Part shown: piece by piece, positions 11,393 to 20,952 of the stretch
Position numbering within the stretch: position 1 is the first letter of the stretch
Layout of the letters: each line of letters begins with the position of its first letter
Source of the DNA: Minisyncoccota bacterium
GTDB lineage: Bacteria; Patescibacteriota; Minisyncoccia; Phycocordibacterales; Phycocordibacteraceae
Assembly (NCBI GenBank): GCA_041666305.1
Contig: JBAYHD010000003.1
Coordinates: forward strand, 30,266-94,265
Reading direction: 5' to 3'
Length of the DNA stretch: 64,000 nucleotides
The notes under the pieces: generated by a model
The model's database searches: none
What the model saw: the letters and a program-made list of their open reading frames with translations, nothing else
Told to the model about the DNA's origin: nothing
Position numbers and translations under genes: made by a program

Positions 11393-11800
11393 ATGGGTTA
11401 CCACACCAACATCATCAAGAATACTCAGACGAATGAAAATTTTCGGCAAGTCCTGTTCACCGGCTCGAACAGTCAGCTCGTCGTCATGAGCATTCCGCCG
11501 GGCGGGGAAGTCGGGAAAGAGACCCATAAATACACCGAACAAACACTTTTCTTCCTTTCAGGAACGGGCGAAGGAGAATTTGATGGAAAAAAGTTTTCAA
11601 TTGGTCCCGGCGATGTCGCCGTCGTGGTGCCTGGTACCGAACACAATTTCGTGAACACCGGTACGGAACCACTGAAAATTTATACCGTCTATGCACCGCC
11701 GAATCACCTCGATGGTCGCGTACACGCCACGAAAGCTGCCGCTGATGCCGATATGCTTGATGAAGCCGTCGGTGAGACTCCGCCAGCCTGCATTAAATGA
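11393..11800 (+). CDS. cupin domain protein
   Basis: NENFRQVLFTG, ETH, GTEHNF and YAPPNH motifs. Confidence 0.88.
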   Translation: MGYHTNIIKNTQTNENFRQVLFTGSNSQLVVMSIPPGGEVGKETHKYTEQTLFFLSGTGEGEFDGKKFSIGPGDVAVVVPGTEHNFVNTGTEPLKIYTVYAPPNHLDGRVHATKAAADADMLDEAVGETPPACIK

Positions 11801-12381
11801 ATTTTCCGAGACACATACTGAAATGGGCGTGGTTCATCGGCGGAGCAACGTTGGTCGCATTTTCCACGATAGTCATTCTTTTGCCGGACAGTACGTCGGT
11901 TTCTGCGGAAAGTGTTCCAATTTCATCGCAGGCGGCCTCTTCGTTTCCGGTCCGTCTCAAAATTCCGGCAATACAAGTTGACGCCGCCATTGAGCATTTA
12001 GGTCTTGCTCCTGATGGTGCGATGGATACGCCGAAAGGTCCCTCGGACGTAGCATGGTTCGACAAAGGCACTCTCCCTGGAGAGAATGGCAGTGCCGTGA
12101 TCGCCGGACACTTCGGCTGGAAAGACAACATCCCTGCGGTTTTTGATAATCTATCTACCTTGCGGAAGGGCGACAAACTATATGTCGAAAATGATAAAGG
12201 AGAACTGACGACGTTCGTGGTGCGCGAATCAAGATTGTTTGGCGAGAACGGGAACGCCGCCGAAGTGTTCAATTCAAGCGACGGCAAAGCGCATCTGAAT
12301 CTAATCACCTGCGAGGGAGTCTGGAACAAAGAGACGAAAAGTTATTCGGAGCGTCTCGTAGTGTTTACGGATAAAGAATAA
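11797..12381 (+). CDS. class F sortase
   Basis: N-terminal TM segment; PGENGSAVIAGH, LNLITC and conserved R (His-Cys-Arg triad). Confidence 0.9.
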   Translation: MNFPRHILKWAWFIGGATLVAFSTIVILLPDSTSVSAESVPISSQAASSFPVRLKIPAIQVDAAIEHLGLAPDGAMDTPKGPSDVAWFDKGTLPGENGSAVIAGHFGWKDNIPAVFDNLSTLRKGDKLYVENDKGELTTFVVRESRLFGENGNAAEVFNSSDGKAHLNLITCEGVWNKETKSYSERLVVFTDKE

Positions 12382-12437
12382 AAAAACCTTCCGCTTGATT
12401 CCCCGATAGGGGAGCGGAAGGGTCGTTGGTAGTCGGC

Positions 12438-12659
12438 CTAGTTTGAACTGCTGCCACCTGGCCCGGCGCCGAAGCCGGGTGGTAGCACCTGCGTGTCGGT
12501 CGCGCGCTTGTCATTGGCGAAGTTGAGGTCGGCACCCCACGTGAGGTTTTGTTCCGCCTCTTCCAGAAGCTTGCCTGCTCCCAGAGCGCTGATACCAAGC
12601 GTTTGGGCGATTCGAGCTCTCACTGAAGCACGGTCGAATTTGATGGGTCTGGCGAACAT
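12438..12659 (-). CDS. small hypothetical protein
   Basis: 73-aa ORF with AGGAAAGGA upstream and a hairpin downstream. Confidence 0.5.
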   Translation of the reverse strand: MFARPIKFDRASVRARIAQTLGISALGAGKLLEEAEQNLTWGADLNFANDKRATDTQVLPPGFGAGPGGSSSN

Positions 12660-12787
12660 AGCATTCCTTTCCTGAAAAGTTGATGGGACAAGCAGCCTAT
12701 AGCGTATGCCACGTATAGACCATTGTCAATGGGCGATGGTTGAAACCGCTTTTTCAGGTAGGGATTATATGGTACAAATGACGAATT

Positions 12788-12863
12788 GCCGCCTTAGCTC
12801 AGTTGGTAGAGCAACGCACCCGTAACGCGTAGGTCCTCGGTTCAAGCCCGAGAGGCGGCTCCA
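12788..12863 (+). tRNA. tRNA-Thr (CGT) with atypical anticodon arm
   Basis: GCCGCCT...AGGCGGC-T-CCA; ACGCA-CCCGTAA-CGCGT. Confidence 0.85.
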
Positions 12864-12908
12864 AAATAGTGCGATTGCATAGATTGCAAAAAGTCATACA
12901 ATTGAGGC

Positions 12909-13283
12909 ATGAATATGAACCAAATGGGAGAAGCAGAACATAATGGAACGACTGAGGCGGCGAGACAGCGAGCCATCGAGCATGCGGCATTCATTGAACC
13001 ACGCACAGCCGAGAAGGACAGTTCGCTCGCACGACAGGAAGCAATACAGGCGGAGGTTAGCAAATTGAATGCCGAATTGAAGGCGGGAGTTGAGAGTGCA
13101 TCAAAACAGAATGACGCGGCGGCCATCCAGCTCGGTATTGATCTGCGCAATGCGACATTGGAGCAGCTCAAAAAATTAAGGGCCGAATACGCTGAACTCG
13201 GGGAGAGGGTACGGGAACTCGGCGGTGAGCCGGCAGAACTCATAGAAGATGAAGAGTCACTAGATTTCACCACCGTTCAGTGA
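12909..13283 (+). CDS. hypothetical coiled-coil protein
   Basis: 124-aa ORF; TACAAT 6 nt before ATG. Confidence 0.65.
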   Translation: MNMNQMGEAEHNGTTEAARQRAIEHAAFIEPRTAEKDSSLARQEAIQAEVSKLNAELKAGVESASKQNDAAAIQLGIDLRNATLEQLKKLRAEYAELGERVRELGGEPAELIEDEESLDFTTVQ

Positions 13284-13295
13284 TGTTGGTGCGTC

Positions 13296-14174
13296 ATGAC
13301 TGACGATAGGGAAACGCGACTAACGGAACTCGAAGCGCTGATGGCGTCACCCGATTTCTGGGCGGACAAAAATCAAGCGCAAGCGCTGGTGCAAGAATAC
13401 CAAAATCTGAAGGAAGGCGGTTCAGGCGACCCGCATGATGCGGGCAACGCGACTTTGGCCATCCTTGCGGGCGCGGGCGGGGATGATGCCGAAGATTTCG
13501 CCTTCATGCTTCGCCGGATGTACGAGGGCTATGCCGCGAAAAAGGGATGGCGCGTGCGCGAGCTTCATGCAAATGAGAATGAGCACGGCGGGTACAGGAA
13601 TGTGATGCTGGAGATTTCCGGCAGCGGCGCGTACGGCCGCCTGAAGCATGAGGCGGGCGTGCACCGGCTCGTGCGCCAGTCGCCATTCAATGCGAACGCG
13701 AAGCGCCAGACCTCATTTGCTCTCGTGGAAGTGCTACCGACTCTGGTTCCGACCGACAAAATTGAACTCAAACCGGACGATCTCGAAATACAATTCGCCC
13801 GCGCCGGAGGCGCGGGCGGTCAGAACGTGAACAAGCGCGAGACGGCAGTGCGCATCCTGCACAAGCCGACCAACCTTTCCGTACACATTTCAAGCGAACG
13901 CAGCCAGCTCGCGAACCGCGAGAAAGCCATGGAGCTCCTCAAAGCGAAGATTTTTGCAAAAGAAGAAGCCGAGCGCCTCGCTTCTGCGAAGGGTCGTTCT
14001 ATCGCCGCCACCACGGCGAACGAGTGGGGCAGCCAGATACGCTCCTATGTGCTCCATCCCTACAAAATGGTCAAAGACCACCGTACCGAACACGAATCGA
14101 GCAATCCCGACAAAGTTCTTGGCGGCGATTTGGACGAATTCATTGACGCCGCAGTAAATCAACCTTCCGAATAA
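13296..14174 (+). CDS. prfB: peptide chain release factor 2 with shortened domain 1
   Basis: [11 protein letters not shown] (SPF), GGQ and WGSQIRSYV motifs. Confidence 0.92.
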   Translation: MTDDRETRLTELEALMASPDFWADKNQAQALVQEYQNLKEGGSGDPHDAGNATLAILAGAGGDDAEDFAFMLRRMYEGYAAKKGWRVRELHANENEHGGYRNVMLEISGSGAYGRLKHEAGVHRLVRQSPFNANAKRQTSFALVEVLPTLVPTDKIELKPDDLEIQFARAGGAGGQNVNKRETAVRILHKPTNLSVHISSERSQLANREKAMELLKAKIFAKEEAERLASAKGRSIAATTANEWGSQIRSYVLHPYKMVKDHRTEHESSNPDKVLGGDLDEFIDAAVNQPSE

Positions 14175-14182
14175 GTTCTTAT

Positions 14183-14938
14183 CCCCAACTTGGCCAACAC
14201 CAGGTGTTGGCCAAGTTGGGGAAGTGCGGGAACATGAACGAATGCCTTTACGGAATGTTGAATTCGCACCCAGTGAACATTATCACCTCTGTATTCGCGG
14301 CAATAACAAACAGGATATCTTCCGGGATGATAGTGATCGTACGCGAATGTTATTCCTCATCACACATCTTCAATCGCCCGAATCTGTTGATAAGATTGGC
14401 AGGATAGTGCAGGAATATCGAAAGACGCGTTCGTGGGATGTGGACCCAGAACTCGTCTCGACAATAATAAAAAATCGCTATGTCGTGCTTGAAGCATTCT
14501 CGTTCATGACAAATCACATACATCTGGGGGTATGTGAGAAGGAAGATCGGGGGACCATGCGATACATGCAACGAGTACTTAACGCATACGCAAAATATTT
14601 CAACACCAAATATGAAATGGTCGGCCATTTATTCCAAGGGCCATATCGAGCCGTGCATATTGGCGACAATGATCAACTGCTCTACACCAACACTTACATT
14701 CATCGAAATCCTCGCGAGTTGCTCGGCGTAGCTGGGAAAGAACATGAATACGAATGGTCGAGCTATCGAGATTATATCGGAACAAATCGTTTCGGAGAGC
14801 TGCTCGATACATCACTCGTACTCGAGCAGTTTGATAGTCCCGCAGACTACCGCGCGTTTGTAGATTCGAGTATTGCAAAGGACGACAGTTATCTCTTCGA
14901 CCCATTCTAAAAATGGCCAACACCAGGTGTTGGCCATT
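14183..14938 (+). mobile_element. REP-flanked Y1 (RAYT/IS200-like) transposase unit
   Basis: Same core TGGCCAACACC-A-GGTGTTGGCCA at 14183-14221 (19-bp arms) and 14912-14938 (13-bp arms), bracketing the transposase. Confidence 0.8.
14242..14910 (+). CDS. HUH Y1 transposase (RAYT-like)
   Basis: YHLCIRGNNKQDIF, MTNHIH, GHLFQG, YIHRNP and WSSY motifs. Confidence 0.92.
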   Translation: MPLRNVEFAPSEHYHLCIRGNNKQDIFRDDSDRTRMLFLITHLQSPESVDKIGRIVQEYRKTRSWDVDPELVSTIIKNRYVVLEAFSFMTNHIHLGVCEKEDRGTMRYMQRVLNAYAKYFNTKYEMVGHLFQGPYRAVHIGDNDQLLYTNTYIHRNPRELLGVAGKEHEYEWSSYRDYIGTNRFGELLDTSLVLEQFDSPADYRAFVDSSIAKDDSYLFDPF

Positions 14939-14975
14939 ACTGCGTGTGATGCTCGAGTGGTACAATAATTAACGC

Positions 14976-15227
14976 ATGAGAAAGATATCAAAGATATTTG
15001 CAATTTTGAGTTTTTGGATTGGTATTTGCGCTATTCTCTTCGGCATTTCTGGACATTCCATAGGTTTAGATCGGCCGATTTTTGCTTTTGATTCTTCACC
15101 AACCCCTATTAATCCAGATGTCATTTTCTGGAGCCCTGTTATTGGCGTTGCTATGGTTCTTTTTTCAATGCTTATTTTCGTTGTTTCTGGGGGTTTGCGA
15201 AACTGGTGGTTGAAGACAAACAACTGA
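14976..15227 (+). CDS. small 2-TM membrane protein
   Basis: AT-rich 83-aa ORF with two hydrophobic segments. Confidence 0.55.
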   Translation: MRKISKIFAILSFWIGICAILFGISGHSIGLDRPIFAFDSSPTPINPDVIFWSPVIGVAMVLFSMLIFVVSGGLRNWWLKTNN

Positions 15228-15247
15228 GGTACAATAGGAAACGACGC

Positions 15248-15925
15248 ATGATTTATTTCGACAAGGTGACGAAACGATACGGGAACATGGCAGCACTGGA
15301 AGGAGTCACTCTCTCCGTCGCCCCCAAAGAATTCGTCTCCATCGTCGGCCACTCGGGCGCAGGGAAGACCACACTCCTCAAACTTCTTCTCGCAGAAGAA
15401 AGCCCCTCCGAGGGCAATGTCTTTTTTGAATCCATCGATGTGAACGACCTGCCGAGTTCGGCACTGCATCATTACCGCCGGAAGATTGGCATGGTCTTTC
15501 AGGATTTTCGTCTTATCCCGAACAAAACCGCGTATGAAAATATCGCGTTCGCGATGGAAGCGGCAGGTCGTTCGGATGATGAAATTAGAAGCGATGTGCC
15601 GTACATCCTTGAGCTCGTAAATCTTGCCGATAAGTCCAAACATTTCCCCGATCAGCTTTCGGGCGGAGAAAAACAACGCATCGCCATCGGCCGCGCAATC
15701 ATCAACCAGCCGGACCTCATCGTCGCCGACGAGCCGACGGGAAACCTGGACCCCATCAACACCTATGAGATCGTGGAAATTTTGAAAAAGATAAACGAAC
15801 TTGGGACGACCATTATTATCACGACGCACAACAAAGGCGTGGTCGACGCCATCGGGAAGCGCGTGGTCACCATTGACCGCGGGAAGTTGGTGCGCGATGA
15901 CGCGGATGGAAAGTATATACTGTAG
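15248..15925 (+). CDS. ftsE: cell division ATP-binding protein FtsE
   Basis: [21 protein letters not shown] and ADEPTGNLD motifs; followed by ftsX. Confidence 0.93.
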   Translation: MIYFDKVTKRYGNMAALEGVTLSVAPKEFVSIVGHSGAGKTTLLKLLLAEESPSEGNVFFESIDVNDLPSSALHHYRRKIGMVFQDFRLIPNKTAYENIAFAMEAAGRSDDEIRSDVPYILELVNLADKSKHFPDQLSGGEKQRIAIGRAIINQPDLIVADEPTGNLDPINTYEIVEILKKINELGTTIIITTHNKGVVDAIGKRVVTIDRGKLVRDDADGKYIL

Positions 15926-15950
15926 ATATGACCCGACACACTACAAAGGC

Positions 15951-15985
15951 GTTGTCTGACACACAGAAGCAGTGTGTCAGACGGC
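15951..15985. repeat. intergenic hairpin between ftsE and ftsX
   Basis: GTCTGACACAC-7 nt-GTGTGTCAGAC; partial extra copy at 15933-15942. Confidence 0.6.
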
Positions 15986-16075
15986 ATGATTTCCTTCGTG
16001 GAAACAGTATGGTCATTCGAGTAGTAGGTCGTTTACTAGTACCTAAGGCGGCCGACGCCTTTTAGTGTGACGGGT

Positions 16076-17002
16076 ATGACCTGGATGATTATTAAACGAG
16101 TACTGGTAAGCGGATGGAAAAATTTCGTCCGCGGCGGCGCTGTCTCCGCAGCGACCGTGCTCATCATGACGGTCACGCTTGCCATCATCGGTTCGCTCAT
16201 CTTTCTTTCCGCGCTTCTCACCTACACGCTCGTAACGGTGAGTGAAAAAGTCGATGTCTCCGTCTATTTCGTCACCACCGCGAACGAGCAGGATATCTTT
16301 GCGGTGAAAGACCAGCTTGAAAAACTGCCGCAGGTCGCAAGCGTCTCTTACACCTCCGCGGACGAGGCGCTCACGGCTTTCCGCGCGCGCCATGCGAGCG
16401 ACCAGCTCACCCTCCAGGCACTCAACGAACTCGGCGGCAACCCGCTCGATGCTTCGCTTGAGGTACGCGCGAAAGACCCGTCCCAATACGAGAGTATCGT
16501 GAAGTTCCTTGAGGCGTCGCCGGCACTCTCCACCGGCGGCACCTCCATTGTGGACCGCATCAATTACGCACAAAACAAAGAAGTCATTGACCGGCTCTCA
16601 CTCGCTATTTCAGCGACGCGCGAGATCGGCTTTGCGGTGGTCATTCTCTTCGCCATTGCCTCCATTCTCATCGCTTTCGCAACAGTACGCCTCGCCATCT
16701 ATACCGCCAAGGACGAGATCGCAGTGATGCGGCTGGTGGGTGCGAGCAATAACTATATCCAGGGCCCCTTCGTCGTCACTGGCATCATTACCGGCATCGT
16801 TGCCTCGGCGCTCGTCCTGCTTCTTCTGTGGCCGGCGACGTGGTACGCCGGTACGAAAACGGAGGGATGGTTCGGCGGATTCAATATCGCGAATTATTAC
16901 GCGGACCATTTTGCCTTCATATTTTGCATATTGATACTTTCCGGTCTTGCGCTTGGCGCCGTTGCCTCGGTGTTCGCTATTCGTAGGTATCTAAAAGTCT
17001 AG
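16076..17002 (+). CDS. ftsX: cell division permease FtsX
   Basis: 4 TM segments plus extracellular domain; EIAVMRLVGAS..YIQGPF. Confidence 0.92.
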   Translation: MTWMIIKRVLVSGWKNFVRGGAVSAATVLIMTVTLAIIGSLIFLSALLTYTLVTVSEKVDVSVYFVTTANEQDIFAVKDQLEKLPQVASVSYTSADEALTAFRARHASDQLTLQALNELGGNPLDASLEVRAKDPSQYESIVKFLEASPALSTGGTSIVDRINYAQNKEVIDRLSLAISATREIGFAVVILFAIASILIAFATVRLAIYTAKDEIAVMRLVGASNNYIQGPFVVTGIITGIVASALVLLLLWPATWYAGTKTEGWFGGFNIANYYADHFAFIFCILILSGLALGAVASVFAIRRYLKV

Positions 17003-17005
17003 TGT

Positions 17006-18661
17006 ATGGCAAAAGAAGGTCACAAATACATATTCGTATTAGGCGGGGTCATGAGCGGCGTCGGCAAGGGTGTCGTCACCAGTTCCATCGGCCTCTTGCT
17101 CCAGCAGAAAGGGTATCCGGTGAATCTGGTGAAGGTGGACCCGTATCTGAACGTGGATGCAGGGACGATGAATCCCACCGAACACGGCGAGGTGTTCGTG
17201 CTGAAGTCCGGTATGGAGACGGACCAAGACATGGGCAATTATGAACGCTTCCTCGGACGCGACCTTACCAATGAGGACTACATGACCAGCGGTATGGTGT
17301 ACCAGTCGGTCATCGCCCGTGAAAGGGCGCTCGGCTACGGCGGCAAGTGTGTGGAAGCCATTCCGCACGTGCGCGACGAGATCCTCACGAGGATCGAAAG
17401 CGCGGCTTCCTACAACGGAAGCCGCGTCTCCGTTATTGAGATCGGTGGCACTATCGGCGATTTCCAGAACGCGCTGTTCATCGAGGCCGCGCGCGTGCTG
17501 AAAATGAAATATCCCGACGACGTGCTCTTCGTGATGGTCTCGTACTTGCCGACGCCCGGCACCCTCGGTGAGATGAAGACCAAGCCGACGCAGACGGCAG
17601 TGCGCGACCTCAACTCCTACGGCGTCCAGCCGGACTTTATCATTGCGCGCTCCAAAGAGACGGTGGATGAAAAACGGAAAGAGAAGCTCGCTATCTGGTG
17701 CAATGTGCGTCGCGATCGCATCATCTCCGCACCGGACATCAGCAGCATTTACGAAGCGCCGCTCAATTTTGAGAAAGATAAACTCGGCGATGCGATGCTC
17801 GACGCGCTCAAATTGCCGGAGAAGCGCCGGGCATCACTCGCCGCGTGGAAGAAATTCGCGCTCGCGGCGGTCAACACGAAAGCACCGGAGATACAGATAG
17901 CCATTGTCGGGAAATATTTTGATACAGGCAACTTCGTGCTCTCCGATGCGTATCTTTCGGTCATTGAAGCAATCAAATTCTCAGCAGCGAAATTGAATCG
18001 CCACGCCGTCATTACGTGGGTCAATTCCAAGGACATAGAGAAGGGGACGAAAGGCGTTGCCGAGCTTCGAAAATATCACGGTATCATCGTCCCCGGCGGT
18101 TTCGGCGAGAGCGGCATTGAAGGGAAGATAAAGGCCATCCAATACGCGCGTGAGAAAAAGATCCCGTATTTCGGCCTCTGCTACGGCATGCAATTGATGG
18201 TCATTGAATATGCGCGCAATGTGCTCAAACTAAAAAATGCGCACACGACTGAAATCCAGAAAAATTCCGAAGACCCGGTGGTGGATGTGATGTTGGAACA
18301 GAAAAAACACCTCGCCGACAATAAATACGGCGGTACGATGCGCCTCGGTTCGTACCCGGCGTATCTTAAAAAGGGCACGATGGCGCGTGCGGCGTACAAA
18401 AAAGAATTGGTGGAGGAACGCCATCGCCATCGCTATGAGATCAACCCCGCGTATGTGAAGCCGCTTGAAGACGCCGGTCTCGTGTTCTCCGGCACCAGCC
18501 CCGACGGCGTTTTGATGGAAATTGCAGAGCTCCCGCGCAAGGTGCACCCATTTATGCTCGGAACGCAATTCCATCCCGAGTTCCAGGCGCGCCCGCTTAC
18601 TCCGCATCCTTTGTTTACTGAATTCCTCAAGGCCGCTATCTCTCGCAAGCGCAAGAAATAA
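17006..18661 (+). CDS. pyrG: CTP synthase
   Basis: GGVMSGVGKG, DPYLNVDAGTMNP, GLCYGMQ and QFHPE motifs. Confidence 0.97.
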   Translation: MAKEGHKYIFVLGGVMSGVGKGVVTSSIGLLLQQKGYPVNLVKVDPYLNVDAGTMNPTEHGEVFVLKSGMETDQDMGNYERFLGRDLTNEDYMTSGMVYQSVIARERALGYGGKCVEAIPHVRDEILTRIESAASYNGSRVSVIEIGGTIGDFQNALFIEAARVLKMKYPDDVLFVMVSYLPTPGTLGEMKTKPTQTAVRDLNSYGVQPDFIIARSKETVDEKRKEKLAIWCNVRRDRIISAPDISSIYEAPLNFEKDKLGDAMLDALKLPEKRRASLAAWKKFALAAVNTKAPEIQIAIVGKYFDTGNFVLSDAYLSVIEAIKFSAAKLNRHAVITWVNSKDIEKGTKGVAELRKYHGIIVPGGFGESGIEGKIKAIQYAREKKIPYFGLCYGMQLMVIEYARNVLKLKNAHTTEIQKNSEDPVVDVMLEQKKHLADNKYGGTMRLGSYPAYLKKGTMARAAYKKELVEERHRHRYEINPAYVKPLEDAGLVFSGTSPDGVLMEIAELPRKVHPFMLGTQFHPEFQARPLTPHPLFTEFLKAAISRKRKK

Positions 18662-18680
18662 AAAGGACTTACGAACATTT

Positions 18681-19430
18681 TTAAGAGAGGGTGCGGCGGA
18701 TGTCTTCGGTGAGGAGATCGACCTCTTTAAAAAATTGCGAGGAGCGCGTGTCACGCGGGCGCATAAGGTTGATAGGGATTGTTTTTTCAATATGGCCCGG
18801 ATGTCCCGCCATGATGAGGACGTGATCGGAAAGTTCAATGGCATCGGGAATGAGATGGTTCACCATGAGGATGGTCATGCCGTAGGAACGCCATATTTTG
18901 AGCAGATCGGCCTTGAGCGCTTCGGACGTAATGGTATCCAAATTCGAGAACGGCTCGTCCATGATAAGGAGATCAGGCGATATCGCGAGCGCACGCGCGA
19001 GGCCCACCCGCTGGCGCTGGCCGCCCGAGAGGGCGGCAGGGTAGTGCTTCTCCAGGTGCGCGAGGCCGACTTCGCGCAGTTTTTCGCGCGCGATACGTTC
19101 GCGCTCTTTTCTCCCCATGCCGTCCATCCTCAGTCCGAACGCGATATTATCGAGCGTTGAAAGCCAGGGGAAGAGCGCATAATTCTGGAATACCATCGCT
19201 GGTCGCGAGAAATTGCGCACGATCTCGCCGCTTTCGTGCGGCATGAGGCCCAGAATGACGCGCATGAGCGTAGACTTTCCCGCGCCCGAAGGCCCGATGA
19301 GGGAGACGAACGAGCCTTTCGGCACGGAGAACGTCATGTCTTTTATTGCGGGTGCGCTCTTCTTTTTTTCATCAGCGAAGCGTGCACATACGCGCGAGAG
19401 GACAAGAGCCATGTCCGATGAGTTTTCCAT
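18681..19430 (-). CDS. ABC transporter ATPase (nitrate/sulfonate type)
   Basis: GPSGAGKS, LSGGQRQ and MDEPFS motifs. Confidence 0.9.
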   Translation of the reverse strand: MENSSDMALVLSRVCARFADEKKKSAPAIKDMTFSVPKGSFVSLIGPSGAGKSTLMRVILGLMPHESGEIVRNFSRPAMVFQNYALFPWLSTLDNIAFGLRMDGMGRKERERIAREKLREVGLAHLEKHYPAALSGGQRQRVGLARALAISPDLLIMDEPFSNLDTITSEALKADLLKIWRSYGMTILMVNHLIPDAIELSDHVLIMAGHPGHIEKTIPINLMRPRDTRSSQFFKEVDLLTEDIRRTLS

Positions 19431-19431
19431 A

Positions 19432-20181
19432 TTAATCGGCGTATCGCCTGCTACTGTCGGCGAGAAGTGGCGCCCAGACGAGACGATTGACCACGAACAC
19501 GATAACGAGGATGGCGAATGTGCCGGCTATCGAAGCTTGGGTGATACCGGAAGAACTTGCTTCTTTAATAAATTCGCCGAAACCGGCAACGTTGGTGATG
19601 ATTTCGGCGCCGATGACCGCCTCCCAACCGATAGCAATGCCCACTATCGAACCGGAAAGCATCGCAGGGAAGGAAAGTGGTGCGAGATAGTAGGGGATGC
19701 GTCGAAAACCGGTCGCACCGAAGATGGTCGCCGCATCGGAGAGGTCCTTGTGGGCACTTTTTATAGCGGTCAGCACCGCAAAGAGTATCGGCCAAATGAT
19801 AGAACTCACGGCGAAGAGGATTATCATTTGGCTCGTGAAGCCGAAGAAGTATATGAAAAGCGGAATGAGCGCGAATGAAGGAATATTTTGTAATACATCG
19901 AAAAACGGAAAGAGAAAATCAGAAAATGGGCTCCAGCCGACGAGAAGCGCAATGGAGATGCCGAAAAAAAGAGCGATGCCGTAGGCGAATGCAAGGCGAT
20001 AGGTGGTGTGCAGTACCGCTTCGCCGAGCGTGGGCCAGGTGACGGAGCCGAAATAACCTAAGACGGCGAGGATAAGTACGATGGTCGCGACGACCGCCAT
20101 GAGTCCGAACGCACGCCGGTACCGACGCGCATGATGAATATGCAACGCACGCGTTTGCGGATGTGCAGTACTCCCAATCAT
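19432..20181 (-). CDS. ABC transporter permease (SsuC/TauC-like)
   Basis: 6 TM segments; EAA-like loop DAATIFGA. Confidence 0.88.
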   Translation of the reverse strand: MIGSTAHPQTRALHIHHARRYRRAFGLMAVVATIVLILAVLGYFGSVTWPTLGEAVLHTTYRLAFAYGIALFFGISIALLVGWSPFSDFLFPFFDVLQNIPSFALIPLFIYFFGFTSQMIILFAVSSIIWPILFAVLTAIKSAHKDLSDAATIFGATGFRRIPYYLAPLSFPAMLSGSIVGIAIGWEAVIGAEIITNVAGFGEFIKEASSSGITQASIAGTFAILVIVFVVNRLVWAPLLADSSRRYAD

Positions 20182-20224
20182 GGGTACATTCTAGCGCGCT
20201 TACGACGCTTGCTATACTTATAGC

Positions 20225-20761
20225 ATGAACATCCATCCGCTTTTCGTGCATTTCCCAATCGGACTTTTGGTCGTGTATTCGATTCTTGAAATAATTGCGT
20301 ATGCGTGGCCGTCTGTCCGGCGACAGACGTGGCTTTTTCCGGTCAATGCATTTCTTCTTTTCGCCGGCGTTCTCGGTGCATTCATGGCACTCATCACCGG
20401 CGGCATCGCGGAGGAATTGATAGAAGGTTCAGCGCGGAGCTACATTCTCGAACTCCACTCACCGATTGCCAGCGCCACGACGATACTCTACTTCTTCCTT
20501 GCGGGTGCATATATCGTCCGTATTTTCGACCGGAATGGGTGGGGAAATCAAATGGTTGGAATGGTTAATCCCTTTATACGCATTTGGAACTTCAAGAAAT
20601 ATGTCGCACATCTCATCCTCGACACCTGGTTTCTGCCCGTGCTCGCGCTCCTCGCGCTTATCGGCATGACCGTCACGGGCGCCTTGGGAGCGGCCATTGT
20701 GTACGGGCCAAACGCCGATCCGTTCATCTCTTTCATCTATCACTTTTCCTGGGCTCAATAA
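20225..20761 (+). CDS. DUF2231-like membrane protein
   Basis: HPLFVHFPI N-terminal motif. Confidence 0.75.
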   Translation: MNIHPLFVHFPIGLLVVYSILEIIAYAWPSVRRQTWLFPVNAFLLFAGVLGAFMALITGGIAEELIEGSARSYILELHSPIASATTILYFFLAGAYIVRIFDRNGWGNQMVGMVNPFIRIWNFKKYVAHLILDTWFLPVLALLALIGMTVTGALGAAIVYGPNADPFISFIYHFSWAQ

Positions 20762-20846
20762 GCCCTTCGGGCTTTCTGCGGCGCTCACTTGGAAAGAATA
20801 AGTGCAGGCACTCATTCTTTACCTCGCTTCGCTTGCAGTATCCCAT

Positions 20847-20867
20847 TTAGGACACGGCGTGTCCTAA
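20847..20867. repeat. short palindrome
   Basis: TTAGGACAC-GGC-GTGTCCTAA. Confidence 0.55.
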
Positions 20868-20952
20868 CTTTCCACAAGTGGTGCCTCTTGCACACGGTGG
20901 TATAATTGTTCTCGAGAGAGCGCAGGTGTTTAGCAACTAACATATTCAATAT

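Noticed and set aside
13296-14174. UGA recoding (code 25)
   Set aside because: RF2 is present and many intact genes end in TGA.
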